Shown here: positions 1-10,852 of the stretch, in pieces
How the letters are laid out: the number at the start of each line of letters is the position of its first letter
Position numbering within the stretch: position 1 is the first letter of the stretch
From: Mesotaenium endlicherianum
Taxonomy: Eukaryota
Reading direction: 5' to 3'
NCBI GenBank assembly: GCA_009602735.1
Contig: WELA01001462.1
Coordinates: 567,914-613,016, forward strand
Length of the DNA: 45,103 nt
The notes under the pieces: generated by a model
The model's input: the letters and a program-made list of their open reading frames with translations, nothing else
The model's database searches: none
What the model was told of the DNA's origin: nothing
Made by a program: the position numbers and the translations under genes

Positions 1-246
1 ATCCATCGGGCATCATAATCTCCTCGTCGTGGTCAAGAGTTCGCATAGTAATACCGTGCTTGGTGGCAAAATCTGCAGCAATGAAGTTGCCTTGAGCTCC
101 GCTATCCACCAAGATGTGGACCTTCTCTCCTCCAAGGTAACCTCTCAAACTCATTGGGGCTGGAACGTCGTCTTCAACGGGGGTCTCCACCTCACTTGGC
201 GTGTTGCCTTCTCGTGAAGTGGGTCTTGGGGTGGTAGGCTCCTGGC

Positions 247-1527
247 CTACCGGCGCTGTCCGTTTTTTGACAACTTTTTGGGGCATGAAAGTGCACGATG
301 GCCCTTTTCCTTGCAATAAAAGCATAGTCCAGCCGTCATGAGAGCTTCTTTTTCAGCCGGGGAGAGTCTTGCTTTCACTCCTTGCTGGTTTCTTGCATCA
401 TAAGTGTCATTGGAGGGTCTTCCACTCTTCCGGGCAGCCGCGGGGTCCCTTTTAATAACTCCGATTTCCATGGGTGTGGGTCCAGATTCGGATGTGGAAG
501 GGGCTGCGTACACCCGCGTCGTCGGTACCCGTGAAGATGAAGGCACGGAGTGCTTGAAATCCAAGGTATCCACCTTTTGGGCCACTTCAATGATCTTTGA
601 GAAGTCCGTCAAGTCGCGTAACTCCACTTCCTTTGCCACCTTGGGTTTGAGGCCAAAGATGTAGCGGTCAATCTTCTCCTCGAGAGACATGTTGGGGATC
701 TCAAGAGTGAGGGCGTGAAATCTGGATGTATACTCTTGAACGGACGTCGTTTGCTTGAGATGGTGGAGCTTTCCTCGGGCAATCTTCTCCGCATTGATGG
801 GCATGAATTGCTTCTTGAGGGCCTCACGAAAATCTGCCCATCTTGCATATGATGGTGGGGGCTCTTGGCCGAGCATGGGGTGCGCCATAGCTTGATATAT
901 AGCCGCTTGATAGTTACGCCACCATGATGTTGCTGCTCCTCTAAGTAAGGTAACGGCAAAGGGAACGTAGTCCTCCTCGGGTACTTCAAGGAATGCGAGG
1001 TACGTCTCCACTTGGTAGAGCCATAAATTCAGGTTGGCACCTTTCCCGGGGTTGAAAGTGTCGGGTTTGCCGGGCTTGATGAGTTTCCTTGCTCTCGTTG
1101 GCTCTTGTGGAGGCGCTTGAGCCGGGGCTGGATTTTGAGCATTGCTCGCAATAGGGGCAACCATGGCAGCCATAGCTTCTCTTGACGCTTGCACGGTTGC
1201 TTCATAGGTGGCCAAGCCCACTTGGTTGTGGACGGTCATTAGGAAGGCTGCCCACTCATTTGCGGGAACTCCTTGTGGTGGGGTCAACTTTGCTATAGCG
1301 GCTGCCACGGGATTTGACGGTGCTCCTCCTTGTGGTGCTTCTTGTTGTTGGAGATTTCCTTGAGTAGGCTCTCCCATCGACGCTGGAGGAGGGTGTGCTC
1401 CTCCTTGTGGTGCTTCTTGTTGTTGCAGATTTTCTTGAGTGGGCTCTCCCATCGGCGCTGGAGGAGGGTGTCTTGGAGAGGAAGGGCTTCCTTCGAAAGC
1501 TTGCTGTTGGTCTTGAGGATCGGCCAT
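247..1527 (-). CDS. gag: Retrotransposon Gag (capsid domain plus CCHC zinc knuckle), copy 1
   Basis: 426 aa. [14 protein letters not shown] major-homology-like motif, [22 protein letters not shown] knuckle. Confidence 0.95.
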   Translation of the reverse strand: MADPQDQQQAFEGSPSSPRHPPPAPMGEPTQENLQQQEAPQGGAHPPPASMGEPTQGNLQQQEAPQGGAPSNPVAAAIAKLTPPQGVPANEWAAFLMTVHNQVGLATYEATVQASREAMAAMVAPIASNAQNPAPAQAPPQEPTRARKLIKPGKPDTFNPGKGANLNLWLYQVETYLAFLEVPEEDYVPFAVTLLRGAATSWWRNYQAAIYQAMAHPMLGQEPPPSYARWADFREALKKQFMPINAEKIARGKLHHLKQTTSVQEYTSRFHALTLEIPNMSLEEKIDRYIFGLKPKVAKEVELRDLTDFSKIIEVAQKVDTLDFKHSVPSSSRVPTTRVYAAPSTSESGPTPMEIGVIKRDPAAARKSGRPSNDTYDARNQQGVKARLSPAEKEALMTAGLCFYCKEKGHRALSCPKKLSKNGQRR

Positions 1528-1564
1528 CTTCTTGTGCTACCAAAGTGCCTAGCTCCGATACCAC

Positions 1565-2067
1565 TGTAGTGAAACAGATAGATAAAGTACTTAGTAAAAC
1601 AGAATACTTTATCTATTCAAGACAAGGATCTTTGAACACAAGTGGTAGCTTCTTGAAAGAGAGATGGCTTCTTGAAAGTTAATATATTTCTGGATTTTGG
1701 CAAGTACAAGAGTGATTCTGGAATGTCTTTCTATGTTCTAGCTCTTGTTTATATACTTGCTACATAAGTAATTTCTAGGAAGGTGTATGTTGATGTGTTG
1801 GCACCCAACACATCCCAAAACTTGCCACCTCTTTCTAGAATAATGTACACATGTCCTTTTGACCTAAAAATGGCACATTTGACTTTTGCCACATGGAGTT
1901 CTTCTAGGTCTTTTCTCTAACTTCGAAAATGCCTTGGAAGGTTCAAAGGACATGAACCAAGTTACTAGAGTACCTATTCACACTTGACTCCACACAATAC
2001 TACTCCAAATATATTTGAAAACATTAAAATATATGCGAACTAATATATAATAACTCAAATCACTACA
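1565..2067 (-). repeat. 5' LTR of family A copy 1 (503 bp)
   Basis: Ends TGTAGTGA...TCACTACA; adjacent to PBS at 1548-1563; near-identical to 9581-10083 and 15758-16260. Confidence 0.95.
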
Positions 2068-2763
2068 GTTCTCCAGCCACTGCTCGACATCCGCGAGAAA
2101 CTTGATCAGGTGATATTTTCTGTTTCCCTCAGGATCATATTCCTGGGGAGGTTTTGGCTTGGGCTTACTAGGCCCTCGGCCACCACCCCTAGTGGTTTGA
2201 GACCCCAGTTGGTCTCTGTCCCGCAGTAGAGACATTATGATTCTTTTGTCCTCCTGTTGGGACTGATACATGGTCGCCATTTGCGACTGCATTTGAACGA
2301 ACAATGCTCCCAAGTCTACACTCTGGGGTGGTAGTCTAGCAAATGCAGCAGCAGCATTGGCATCTACTCGCTGAGTAGTGTCCTCAACAGTCCCTCTCGC
2401 TCCTGCAGCAGCAATTCCTGCCGCATTCAGCCGGTCACGTATTTGACCTAGGGGTACATTGAGTTGTACAGCAGGAGGTGGGTTCAGAACATTGGCCCTT
2501 GATGCCATAAGTTCTTCAACAGTGTGCTCGTCAGCTGGCTGTCCTTCCCTCCTTTCTGTATCCTCAGCGGCCTTTGCTAATTGTTCAGCTTCTAATCTGG
2601 CTCTCTCCTCCTCAGCTTGCTGTGCTGCGACTGCGGCAATAGCAGCTGCCTCATCTGCAGCCTCTCTAGCTGCAGTATTTGCCACTGCTTCAGAATAGGT
2701 ACGGGTTCCCGCTACATGGCTTTCCGCCTGGTTTTTGACATTCTCGTTATCCTCGATCTCCAT
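2068..2763 (-). pseudogene. gag: N-terminal gag of a second Ty3/gypsy family (B), interrupted by family A copy 1
   Basis: ORF MEIEDNENV...PSKPKPKPPQEYDPEGNRKYHLIKFLADVEQWLEN resembles the start of a capsid domain (compare [10 protein letters not shown]...WLYQVETYL in family A). It lies downstream of a PBS at 2824-2835 and is cut exactly at the LTR-A edge. Confidence 0.8.
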
Positions 2764-2836
2764 GTCTCGGGAGTTGCTAGTTTGAGACCTTGTCCTTACG
2801 ATACAAAGAAGACTGTGATAACTGCTCCGATACCAC

Positions 2837-3555
2837 TGAAATGTATCCACTTACCAAATAGGCGATTAACAATTAATAAAGATCTTTATATCAACAAGTA
2901 ATCTTTATGGATTTTCCGTTAATTGATTAAACGGCAAAAGGACAACACACTAGCAGTGAACAACACTTCTAAATCAAATGCGAGTAAACTAGCATCAATA
3001 ATGCACTCAGTAAACTCATACATAAGCAAGGTTAGAAGACAGTGCGTATCAATGGCTTCTTGCCTTGGATTCAAATCTCTCTTAGTAAGCTGTACAAGAG
3101 AGCTGGCCTCGTTTCCGAATGCCGAACTCGAGAGCAATGCCTAGCATATGTACATGGAATGAGTTTACTGTTCAACGGCCAGTGCGATGGCACCACCTAC
3201 CCGGGAGTTAACCACGTTGGTAGGACCTCGGTTAACCAAATCCACCGCCATCTCCCATCCTCCCGAATCGCCATCCATCATAGGGATGTCATTTGGCCAT
3301 TCATCTAGCATACCACAGTTAGATGCATATCAAGGCAGTTCGCTGCTATCGAGTACGAAAGTCAGCTGGCTGTCAAAGAATGTGTCAGCAAGCTGACTTA
3401 AGCTGACTTAAGCCTGCTGCTTTCGGTTGAGTCATTAAATTGATATTGATTATAAGTTTAGCAGACTCATTATTAACTAGAGTTTAGCAGGCTGAACTAA
3501 TTTAACTGTTATATTTAAATAAATATTATATCAATCAATATGCTTATTCATTACA
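2837..3555 (-). repeat. 5' LTR of family B (719 bp)
   Basis: Minus strand TGTAATGAAT...CATTTCA followed by PBS TGGTATCGGAGC. Homologous copies in the opposite orientation start at 44730 (TGTAATGAAT) and end at 39088 (CATTTCA), defining both termini. Confidence 0.85.
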
Positions 3556-3684
3556 CATGCATTTTGTCTCTTTTGAGTGTACAATGTATGTGAGGTGTAA
3601 ATAAGAAATACTTGTTGCATATGGAGAATGTGAGTGGTAGATAGAACCTTCTCTAATCCGTAACATCCAAGAGATGACTAGCAA

Positions 3685-4427
3685 TGAAAGGGACAAAGTG
3701 CCCTGGTGGAAGCGTAGTGACTCACGAGGAAGGAACTAGTTGCAATCATACTAAAGAGTGCAGCGGTATATGACTAAGAAAACTTAGGGTAATTACTCAA
3801 CATTTTGAGTAGCAAGAAAGTGCTTGCAAATGAACTAGGATGAAAGATCTCGTCATGACAAACCCCTAGAAATTCACAGAAGTGTAAATTGGTGAGAAAT
3901 GAAGAAGTTATGCCTATTTATAGTTTTCGGTTTAAGTGTTTCTCTCTAGGAGGAAGCTACGGTATTTCCTAAGTGTTCGTCAATTTGTCCCTTCCCAAAT
4001 ATTTGTGAGTATGCCAAATCAGTCTCATCTGACGTGTCGGGTCGAATTGACGTCCACATACATGCATCGACATTACTATAATATTCTATCTTAGGCGCGC
4101 TAGGCTAAACCGAAACTTCTAGGTAAATCGACCTAGTTGGCACTCCGCGTCAACCGAACTTACGTGAAGGTTCGAGTTCACTCTAACGGGCCAGATCGCT
4201 CGACGCTATCGGTCAATTCGACGGTCGCGCTCACCGCGAATTAAGGACAGTCATCAACCGACCTCAAAACTGATTAAAGTTCGGAAATTCACAACTCTCT
4301 CAATACTTGACCAAATTTGATGAACTTTATATCAAAATGACTACAAAAATGCACTCAACAACTCTATGCATTTAAAACATAAATCCAAATGACTCACAAA
4401 TGCACTTAATAATCCTATGATCTTACA
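3685..4427. mobile_element. Solo LTR of a third family (C), 743 bp
   Basis: TGAAAG...CTTACA termini flanked by a perfect 5-bp TSD AGCAA (3680-3684, 4428-4432). The first ~80 bp recur at 44647-44729. Confidence 0.85.
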
Positions 4428-4659
4428 AGCAAGTCAAGTGAAACAATTTCACAAATAGTATTTGTACAATAGTGATTGGGATTCCTGTGATCATGCACGT
4501 GGTACACTACTTTGTTCTTTTTGCAAGTACAAATGGTGCACGAATCTGACTCGAAACATCCTTCATTATTTTGAAAGTGTACTTACTTGAGCCATTGCCT
4601 GTGAAGTATGTTTTTGATTCATGGTCACTGTTTTGTGAACCCTCTGCTTCACTTTTGTC

Positions 4660-5599
4660 ACGAGGATTTGCAGTCTATTTACTGGACTAGAAGGCTTTGA
4701 ATTACCCTTTGTGGCACAAGGGCACAACCTTGTTCTCGTGGCTGAATTAGACCCCGCTTGTTGCGAGCTTCTTGCAGCAAAATATCCGGGAGTTCGCTTG
4801 GTAGAAGATATTGCTGCTCTCAACAAATTTCCACCTGACACAAACTTAACTATAGTTGGTTTTCCTTGTCAGGATGTATCTACTCGCTCGCATACCATGA
4901 GCAACCCCTCATTAATGTCACAAAGTGGACTAGTTTGCCACCTGTGGAGACTTCTAGAGTCTCAATGAGTCCCCGTAGTAATCCTGGAGAATGTCCTTGG
5001 CATTTTGAGCACACAGACCATTGAAGGGGTTCCGTATAACAGTATGGTCACAGCAGCACTTCATGCTCTGGGCTACAACTGGGCATATCGTTGTGTCCAA
5101 TGCATCTCTTTTGGAAAGCCGCAGTTGAGGGAGCGATTGGTCTTAATGAGAGATCCACGTGATGTATTGCTCACAGAAACTGAGCGTTGTTCCCGAGTTG
5201 GGCCATGTGGGTGTGCGTTTCACAAGTTCGAGAGCAGAGGCGCTTACGAGGGTGTGTGGCCTCAATGAGAATGCCCCTTTCAAGTCCTATGGCTTGACTC
5301 TAACAATCACAGCTACAAATAGTAGCTCCCTTCTAGTTGCAAGGGAAGATGGTTGTAGCTTGTGCCTACGAGTGTTGCTCGTGCCTGACGTGGAAGAATT
5401 ATAAGGCTTTCCCAGGGATTGGACTGCTAAAATGGATAATCTGCGTCGTCAGTTCCAAGCCCTGGGAAATGCTATACCCGTAGGTCTCTCTACCTGGTTG
5501 GCAGATCGCGTTCACGGCATGTACAAACACAAATACTGCCCTACAACGAGGGACCTGGTGCTGGACGCAGGCGCTCGATGGCCAAAAAGTGCATGGTAG
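4660..5599 (+). pseudogene. C5 cytosine DNA methyltransferase pseudogene (Dcm-like, catalytic domain at the N-terminus, intronless)
   Basis: Reading through stops: motif I RICSLFTGLEG (4663-4695), II AELD, III EDI, IV GFPCQDVS (4858-4881), VI ILENV (4981-4995), LGYNWAYR, VIII FGKPQLRER (5110-5136), IX VEEL*GFPRDWT (~5390-5425), X ALGNAIP (5459-5479). Stops at 4966, 5402 and 5597; one frameshift at about 5210-5270; ACG at the expected start position (4660). Confidence 0.9.
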
Positions 5600-6581
5600 A
5601 TGCAAAAATGTGGAGGCCAAGTACATATTGCGCCAAATGTCTGTCGTGTGGTACAGGCTACAACTGGTGGATCTGATATCCGGAGGGCACATATTTCCCT
5701 CTGTTGAAGAACAGATGAGAGGCAAGTCAGCTCTAGTCACTTGGTTGCATCGCCCAAAGACAGATGGCGGATGGGCAAAAGTAAAGTCTCTGCCTCAATC
5801 ATTAGGGGAACGTATGCTGGCTTCTACCCCCAGTCGCCTATGCCTGGTGGCTGAGCGTTTGTTGTCCTACATTGGAGCTGTAGAGGCACTTAAAGAGATG
5901 AACCTTGGAACTCACTATTGGGCATGCAGTGAAGGGCATTGAAACAATTGCAAAAAGGGCAGAACATTCATCGCAATGGTGCGAGTAAGAAGCTTGACTG
6001 TGCAATGAGGTTTGGTCATTTTGTAGAAGAGCACGTGGCCAACAAGAACGGGGCTAAGGCACTCAGGTGTGCAGCCCTGGTCTTGTATTTCAACAATTGG
6101 CTTGAGGAAAGAGAAGGCGAAGATTGGCATGTGTGCAATCACAAACATGTGAGCATGCTGGTGGGAGTCAATGAACTCCGGTGGAGCAGGAGTAGTCATC
6201 ATCCTCGGCCATACCTGAATAAAGTGTACAGCAGCAACCAAGATTGGTTCATATTTAAGCAAGTACAAGTCCAGGTTCCACGCATACTTAAGACTTGAGT
6301 CATTTAGAGGCAACTGCAAGGAATAGTTCTTGTACTCAGGCATATTAGTCCAAGACCTACATTTTTTTTCCCACATACGGCATGTTGCAGCAATCATCTT
6401 CACTTGCTTTGAGGTTTTGCAATGAGCATGCATACTGAAGGCAAACTATCCACAGGCTAAAGCACCGAAGAGTTCCAAAATGTCTGAAGTAAGAATAAAT
6501 ACTGATGGACACCAAGTACACCTTAGAAATAATTATGCAGAGAGAGCTACCCTTTCAATTCTAATTATGAGGCAAAAGGGA

Positions 6582-9580
6582 TTATATTAAATATATACAA
6601 GGGGTAAGGAGTACCCAAGTGCTGCTACGCCTATGTTGCATGTTAAATCTCACTCCTAAAGGGGTTTTCATCATTTTTGGCTCAACAGCTGCCACCTCAT
6701 CTTCATCAGAGAAATAGTCCAGCTCTACAGGTGGGGGGGGGCCCTTGAAGATGAATGCATCTTCCTGAGGATCCTCAAAGGCACCCTGCTTGGTGTCTAT
6801 GTAGGCTTGTATGAACCTGCCAGGTACCGGTGCCTGACCCGCCATCTTCTTGCCTTCCAGAAGGCGCAAGTTGGAATGCACAAAAACCAACTTCTCCGCA
6901 CTAGCCTGTGTGAGGCGGTTGCGCTTCTTGTTGTGCACAAAGTCATACTCCAACCAGTTGCGCTCACAAGAGCTGGCAGACGTGCACAAACCCAATATTC
7001 AGACGGCAAGCTCCTGAAGCAAAGGGGTGCTGGACCCATACTCGTGCCACCATGCCGGGTCAGTCAGCGTGCTGCAATCCTCATCTGTATCCGGCGCAGC
7101 GAAGCTTCCCTCTCTAGATTGATACTTTCTCAGCTGCTCCTTGATCGTCTTCCTGTCAAATTTATTAGGCACTAAACTCTCCAGAATGGTATTTCATCCT
7201 TCCTTCACTTAAGACACACTGTGTTGCGCATGATCCTGGTACAGGGGGTGCAGAACATAACCTGCCGAATGCACAGGCGAGTGAGAGAAGTTCCACCTTT
7301 CTTCAACGAGGGCGTCTGTAGTGAAACAGATAGATAAAATAGCATGCTTTATCTATTCAAGGCAAGGATCTTCGAACACAAGTGGTAGCTTCTTGAACGA
7401 GAGATGGCTTCTCGAAAGTTAATTATTCCTGGAATTTGGCAAGTACAAGAGTGATTTGAGAATGCCTTTCAATGCTTTAGCTCTTGTTTTTATACTTGCT
7501 ACGTAAGTAATTTTATAGGAAGATGCATGTTGATGTGTTGGCACCCAACATATTCCAAAACTTGCCACCTCTTTGTAGAATAATTACACATGTATTTGAC
7601 TTAAAAATGGCATATTTGGCTTTTGCCACATGGAGATCTTCTCGGTCCTTTTTCTAACTCCGAAAATGCCTTAGAAGGTTCAAAGGACAAAAATCAAGTC
7701 ACTAGAGTATCTATTCACACTTGAATTCACATAAAACTACTCCAAATTTTTTCAAAGTATGAAAATAAGAACCAACTAATATATTATAACTCATCACTAC
7801 AGCGTCAAAGAATTGCTTCTCGGCTGCTGAGAATCCAGAGAGCTTCTTGATGTACTTCTTGTAGTCACACAGCTTGGCCCACACCAAGCCAATGATTGCC
7901 TGGACTCCGTTGCACAGACGTAGAAGCAAAACAAGGGGTTCAGCAAGGCGAATGATCTTGTCCACCTGCTTCCAAAAGTTGGAGGCGTTGATGCACGCAG
8001 TTTTCTCGTTGCACTTTCCCGACATCTCCTTAGATAGACCGTCTTGAACTCGGTCCATGCGTTCCTGGCAACCATGCACTTGAGGCCCTCTTTTACCTGC
8101 GAAAACCTCAGAAAGTTAGAGTAGGGTTTAGGCTGCAGGAATAAGATTGGTGGAAATGTGCTTTTTAAAAGAGCATTTATCGCGTGGGAAGATGTGCTTA
8201 CCTTATTCAGACGTTCTAAGAGAATGAAGGGAGTGAGGAACCTCGTTATATTTGGTAGTTTCAGCTCCAGTACATCTTCTTCACGATACATCGAGAGAGC
8301 CTTCTGATGATTTCTTATGTACAACGCAAGTCTTTGACCTATCTCCACAATTCTCTTAATCCATTCCACCTTCGCGATTCTCTCCAGCATGAGATCCAGC
8401 CCGTGTGCAGCACAGGCCGATCCATGTGACATGGGGATATTTCTCCTCAATTCTCAAACCTGCACATACCTTTTGTGAATTGGATTAACAAAGTGCGGAT
8501 TATTGTAGCCATGGAAGATTCAAAATGTGAGACATGAAAGCCGCAAATATGACATAATGTAAAAGTGAGGGAGCGGTAATAGTTACCTGCATTAACGCAG
8601 GATTTGACGGAATCTGTGCAGATCATGAGCACATTGTCTGCTCCAATGTTCCTAATCACTTCTTCAAAGAAGTCTGCTATGAACTTTCCACTCTTGAACT
8701 TACCATCGCAATTGAACGCTTTAACCATCTTCTCCCCCATAGAGCTAACAGCCATGAAGTTGATGATAGGACGGTTGGTAATGTCACTCCAGCCGTCGGA
8801 GCATATAGTACAACCTGTTATCTTCAGCCTCTCCATGAGAAGCCGAAGGTCAATATCATTGCAGGCCACTTCATTATCCAACAACTTCGTCCTCAGGTGG
8901 TGCACTATGGGTCCCAAGTAACCAAGACCAGCTCTGGCGATAGAATCTACCATCAGATCGTAAGTTGCACTGTTTGCAACATTGAAGGATATACCATCAG
9001 CAAAGAACCACTTTGCAATGGCCTAATCAGCCATGTCACGGAAAGCTGGTTTCTAGGCTTCAGTTAGTTCAGGCTGCCTACTAGAACCCCCACTTGAACC
9101 TCCACTTGAAGGGGAACCACTAGAAGTGCCTTTCCTCAACATCTCCTTCTCCAAAGCCATAGCATCCATAGTCTTCATATGCCAAGCACGCTTTTGCAAG
9201 AATTTCAGCTGGGACTGAGGTACCTTGTACACCTTACACCGATCATCTTCCTTGCAACGGGCACCAAATAGGCTTGAACAGCAGCAGGTACAAATGAACA
9301 TCCTGAAATCCCAGAACCTAGAATACAGCCCAAGTGGTACCGAATTCTAAATACACCTCCAGAGTCCAATATTCTTGCGCTCGTAGTATTTGCAGTTGTT
9401 CTTGATTTGGCCAAGAGAGTTCTCCTTGTCTACCTCGTCCACATGATCATGTTCGCAAGTTGATATCTCATCAGCCTTTTGCTTTCCTTTGTCAGTTGCC
9501 ATCTGCTGAGAATATGAGGGAGGGGTGAGAAGCTCGCAGTCATCCTCTTCGGATTCTGGAGGAGTGTGATCTACTGTCAT
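6582..9580 (-). pseudogene. hAT-superfamily transposase pseudogene (BED finger, DUF659, C-terminal dimerisation domain), with introns, split by a solo LTR
   Basis: NCKYY...GGVFRIRYHL...GCSFVP (BED-like); TICSDGWSDITNRPIINF; CAAHGLDLMLE; NITRF; RWNFSHSPVHSAGYVLHP after removing the LTR; SASSCERNW...HNKKRNRL...KLVFVHSNL. Likely introns at ~8098-8201 and ~8461-8586; several stops and frameshifts. Confidence 0.92.
7317..7801 (-). mobile_element. Solo LTR of family A (485 bp, diverged) inside the hAT transposase
   Basis: TGTAGTGA...TCACTACA with TSD GCGTC (7312-7316, 7802-7806). Removing it restores KQFFDA-LVEERW. Confidence 0.93.
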
Positions 9581-10083
9581 TGTAGTGAAACAGATAGATA
9601 AAGTACTTAGTAAAACAGAATAGTTTATCTATTCAAGACAAGGATCTTTGAACACAAGTGGTAGCTTCTTGAAAGAGAGATGGCTTCTTGAAAGTTAATA
9701 TATTTCTGGATTTTGGCAAGTACAAGAGTGATTCTGGAATGTCTTTCTATGTTCTAGCTCTTGTTTATATACTTGCTACATAAGTAATTTCTAGGAAGGT
9801 GTATGTTGATGTGTTGGCACCCAACACATCCCAAAACTTGCCACCTCTTTCTAGAATAATGTACACATGTCCTTTTGACCTAAAAATGGCACATTTGACT
9901 TTTGCCACATGGAGTTCTTCTAGGTCTTTCCTCTAACTTCGAAAATGCCTTGGAAGGTTCAAAGGACATGAACCAAGTTACTAGAGTACCTATTCACACT
10001 TGACTCCACACAATACTACTCCAAATATATTTGAAAACATTAAAATATATGCAAACTAATATATAATAACTCAAATCACTACA
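9581..10083 (-). repeat. 3' LTR of the intact element
   Basis: TG...CA, preceded on the minus strand by the PPT GGGGGGGTGA. Confidence 0.95.
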
Positions 10084-10094
10084 TCACCCCCCCG
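10084..10094 (-). promoter_or_regulatory. Polypurine tract (plus-strand primer)
   Basis: Minus-strand GGGGGGGTGA abuts the 3' LTR; a similar tract is at 40552-40562. Confidence 0.8.
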
Positions 10095-10120
10095 ATAGAA
10101 AAAGCGACGTCTCGGCGCGT

Positions 10121-10247
10121 CAAGTCAGGTCTTACACATGTGGAGCAAACTAGTCAACAGTTTCAAGTCAGATGCCACACATGTGAAGAGGACTAGTCAA
10201 AGGCGCCAAGTCAGGTGCTACACATGTAAGGTAGACTAGGCAAGGTC
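10121..10247. repeat. Three degenerate 43-bp tandem repeats beside the PPT
   Basis: CAAGTCAG at 10121, 10164 and 10207, each followed by ACACATGT and ACTAG. Confidence 0.8.
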
Positions 10248-10852
10248 GTAGGTGGTGTGACCTTATTGGCTAGCCTACTCCTTAATGATAAAGAAAATTG
10301 TACAAGTTGGCCCAGAATCTGCCACGAACTCAAAAATTCATAGCGGCCACAGAACTGCTCCAAATCTGAAAATTCGAGTGCCAGACGGACCGCGTCGGAG
10401 AACTCTACCGGGTCACCAAATTTGAGAGCATTCTCATTTCTGGAGTGTCGTTGAGAGCTGAGAGAGTAGGCACTCCTCCAAATCTGTGCAGAAACTTCTG
10501 AAAATCATAAGTCCTTCTATACTTCTCCAAATTCTGCAAACTAAGTCTCAAACTGGGCGCTGTAAGATGTTCTACCAGAGTCTTGAGTTTCAGAGCATTC
10601 CAAGTTCAGGGGAGGGCACAATGTCAGAAGGCATATTCTGCCCTAACAATGCCAGCAGCCTGACCCCCTTCTACTTAGAGCATCATATCTCTCTCACCAG
10701 TGCTCCAAATTGAGCAAACTTGGACTCTAAATGACCGGCTACTCATGGACTACAGCCAGGTAAATTTTCAGAATTTATTATGCAGAGACCTATTACCAGT
10801 AGCAGTTTTAGTTTTCTGTCCAGAAACTGCGAGAAGAGAAGAGTGTCTAATG

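Larger units (their letters stand above)
1..2067 (-). mobile_element. Ty3/gypsy chromovirus family A, copy 1 (5' LTR, PBS, gag, start of pol; continues beyond window start)
   Basis: Positions 1-1564 match 14194-15757 (offset 14193) and give the same Gag translation. LTR 1565-2067 (TG...CA), right flank GTTCT; it interrupts the gag of family B. Confidence 0.95.

Noticed and set aside
1..2067. Segmental duplication or misassembly of 14194-16260
   Set aside because: Similarity ends exactly at the LTR terminus, the flanks differ and the LTRs carry private substitutions, which fits independent insertions.
3187..3396. 69-aa ORF repeated at 44890-45099
   Set aside because: Lies within LTR-B and simply reflects repeat homology; no domain evidence.
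5915..6433. 172-aa minus-strand ORF between the MTase and the transposase
   Set aside because: No recognisable motif, and it overlaps plus-strand ORFs that are better explained as the MTase tail; not supportable as a gene.
10121..10247. CRISPR-like appearance of the 43-bp repeats
   Set aside because: Whole units are homologous with no unique spacers, there are no cas genes, and the context is a eukaryotic retrotransposon.
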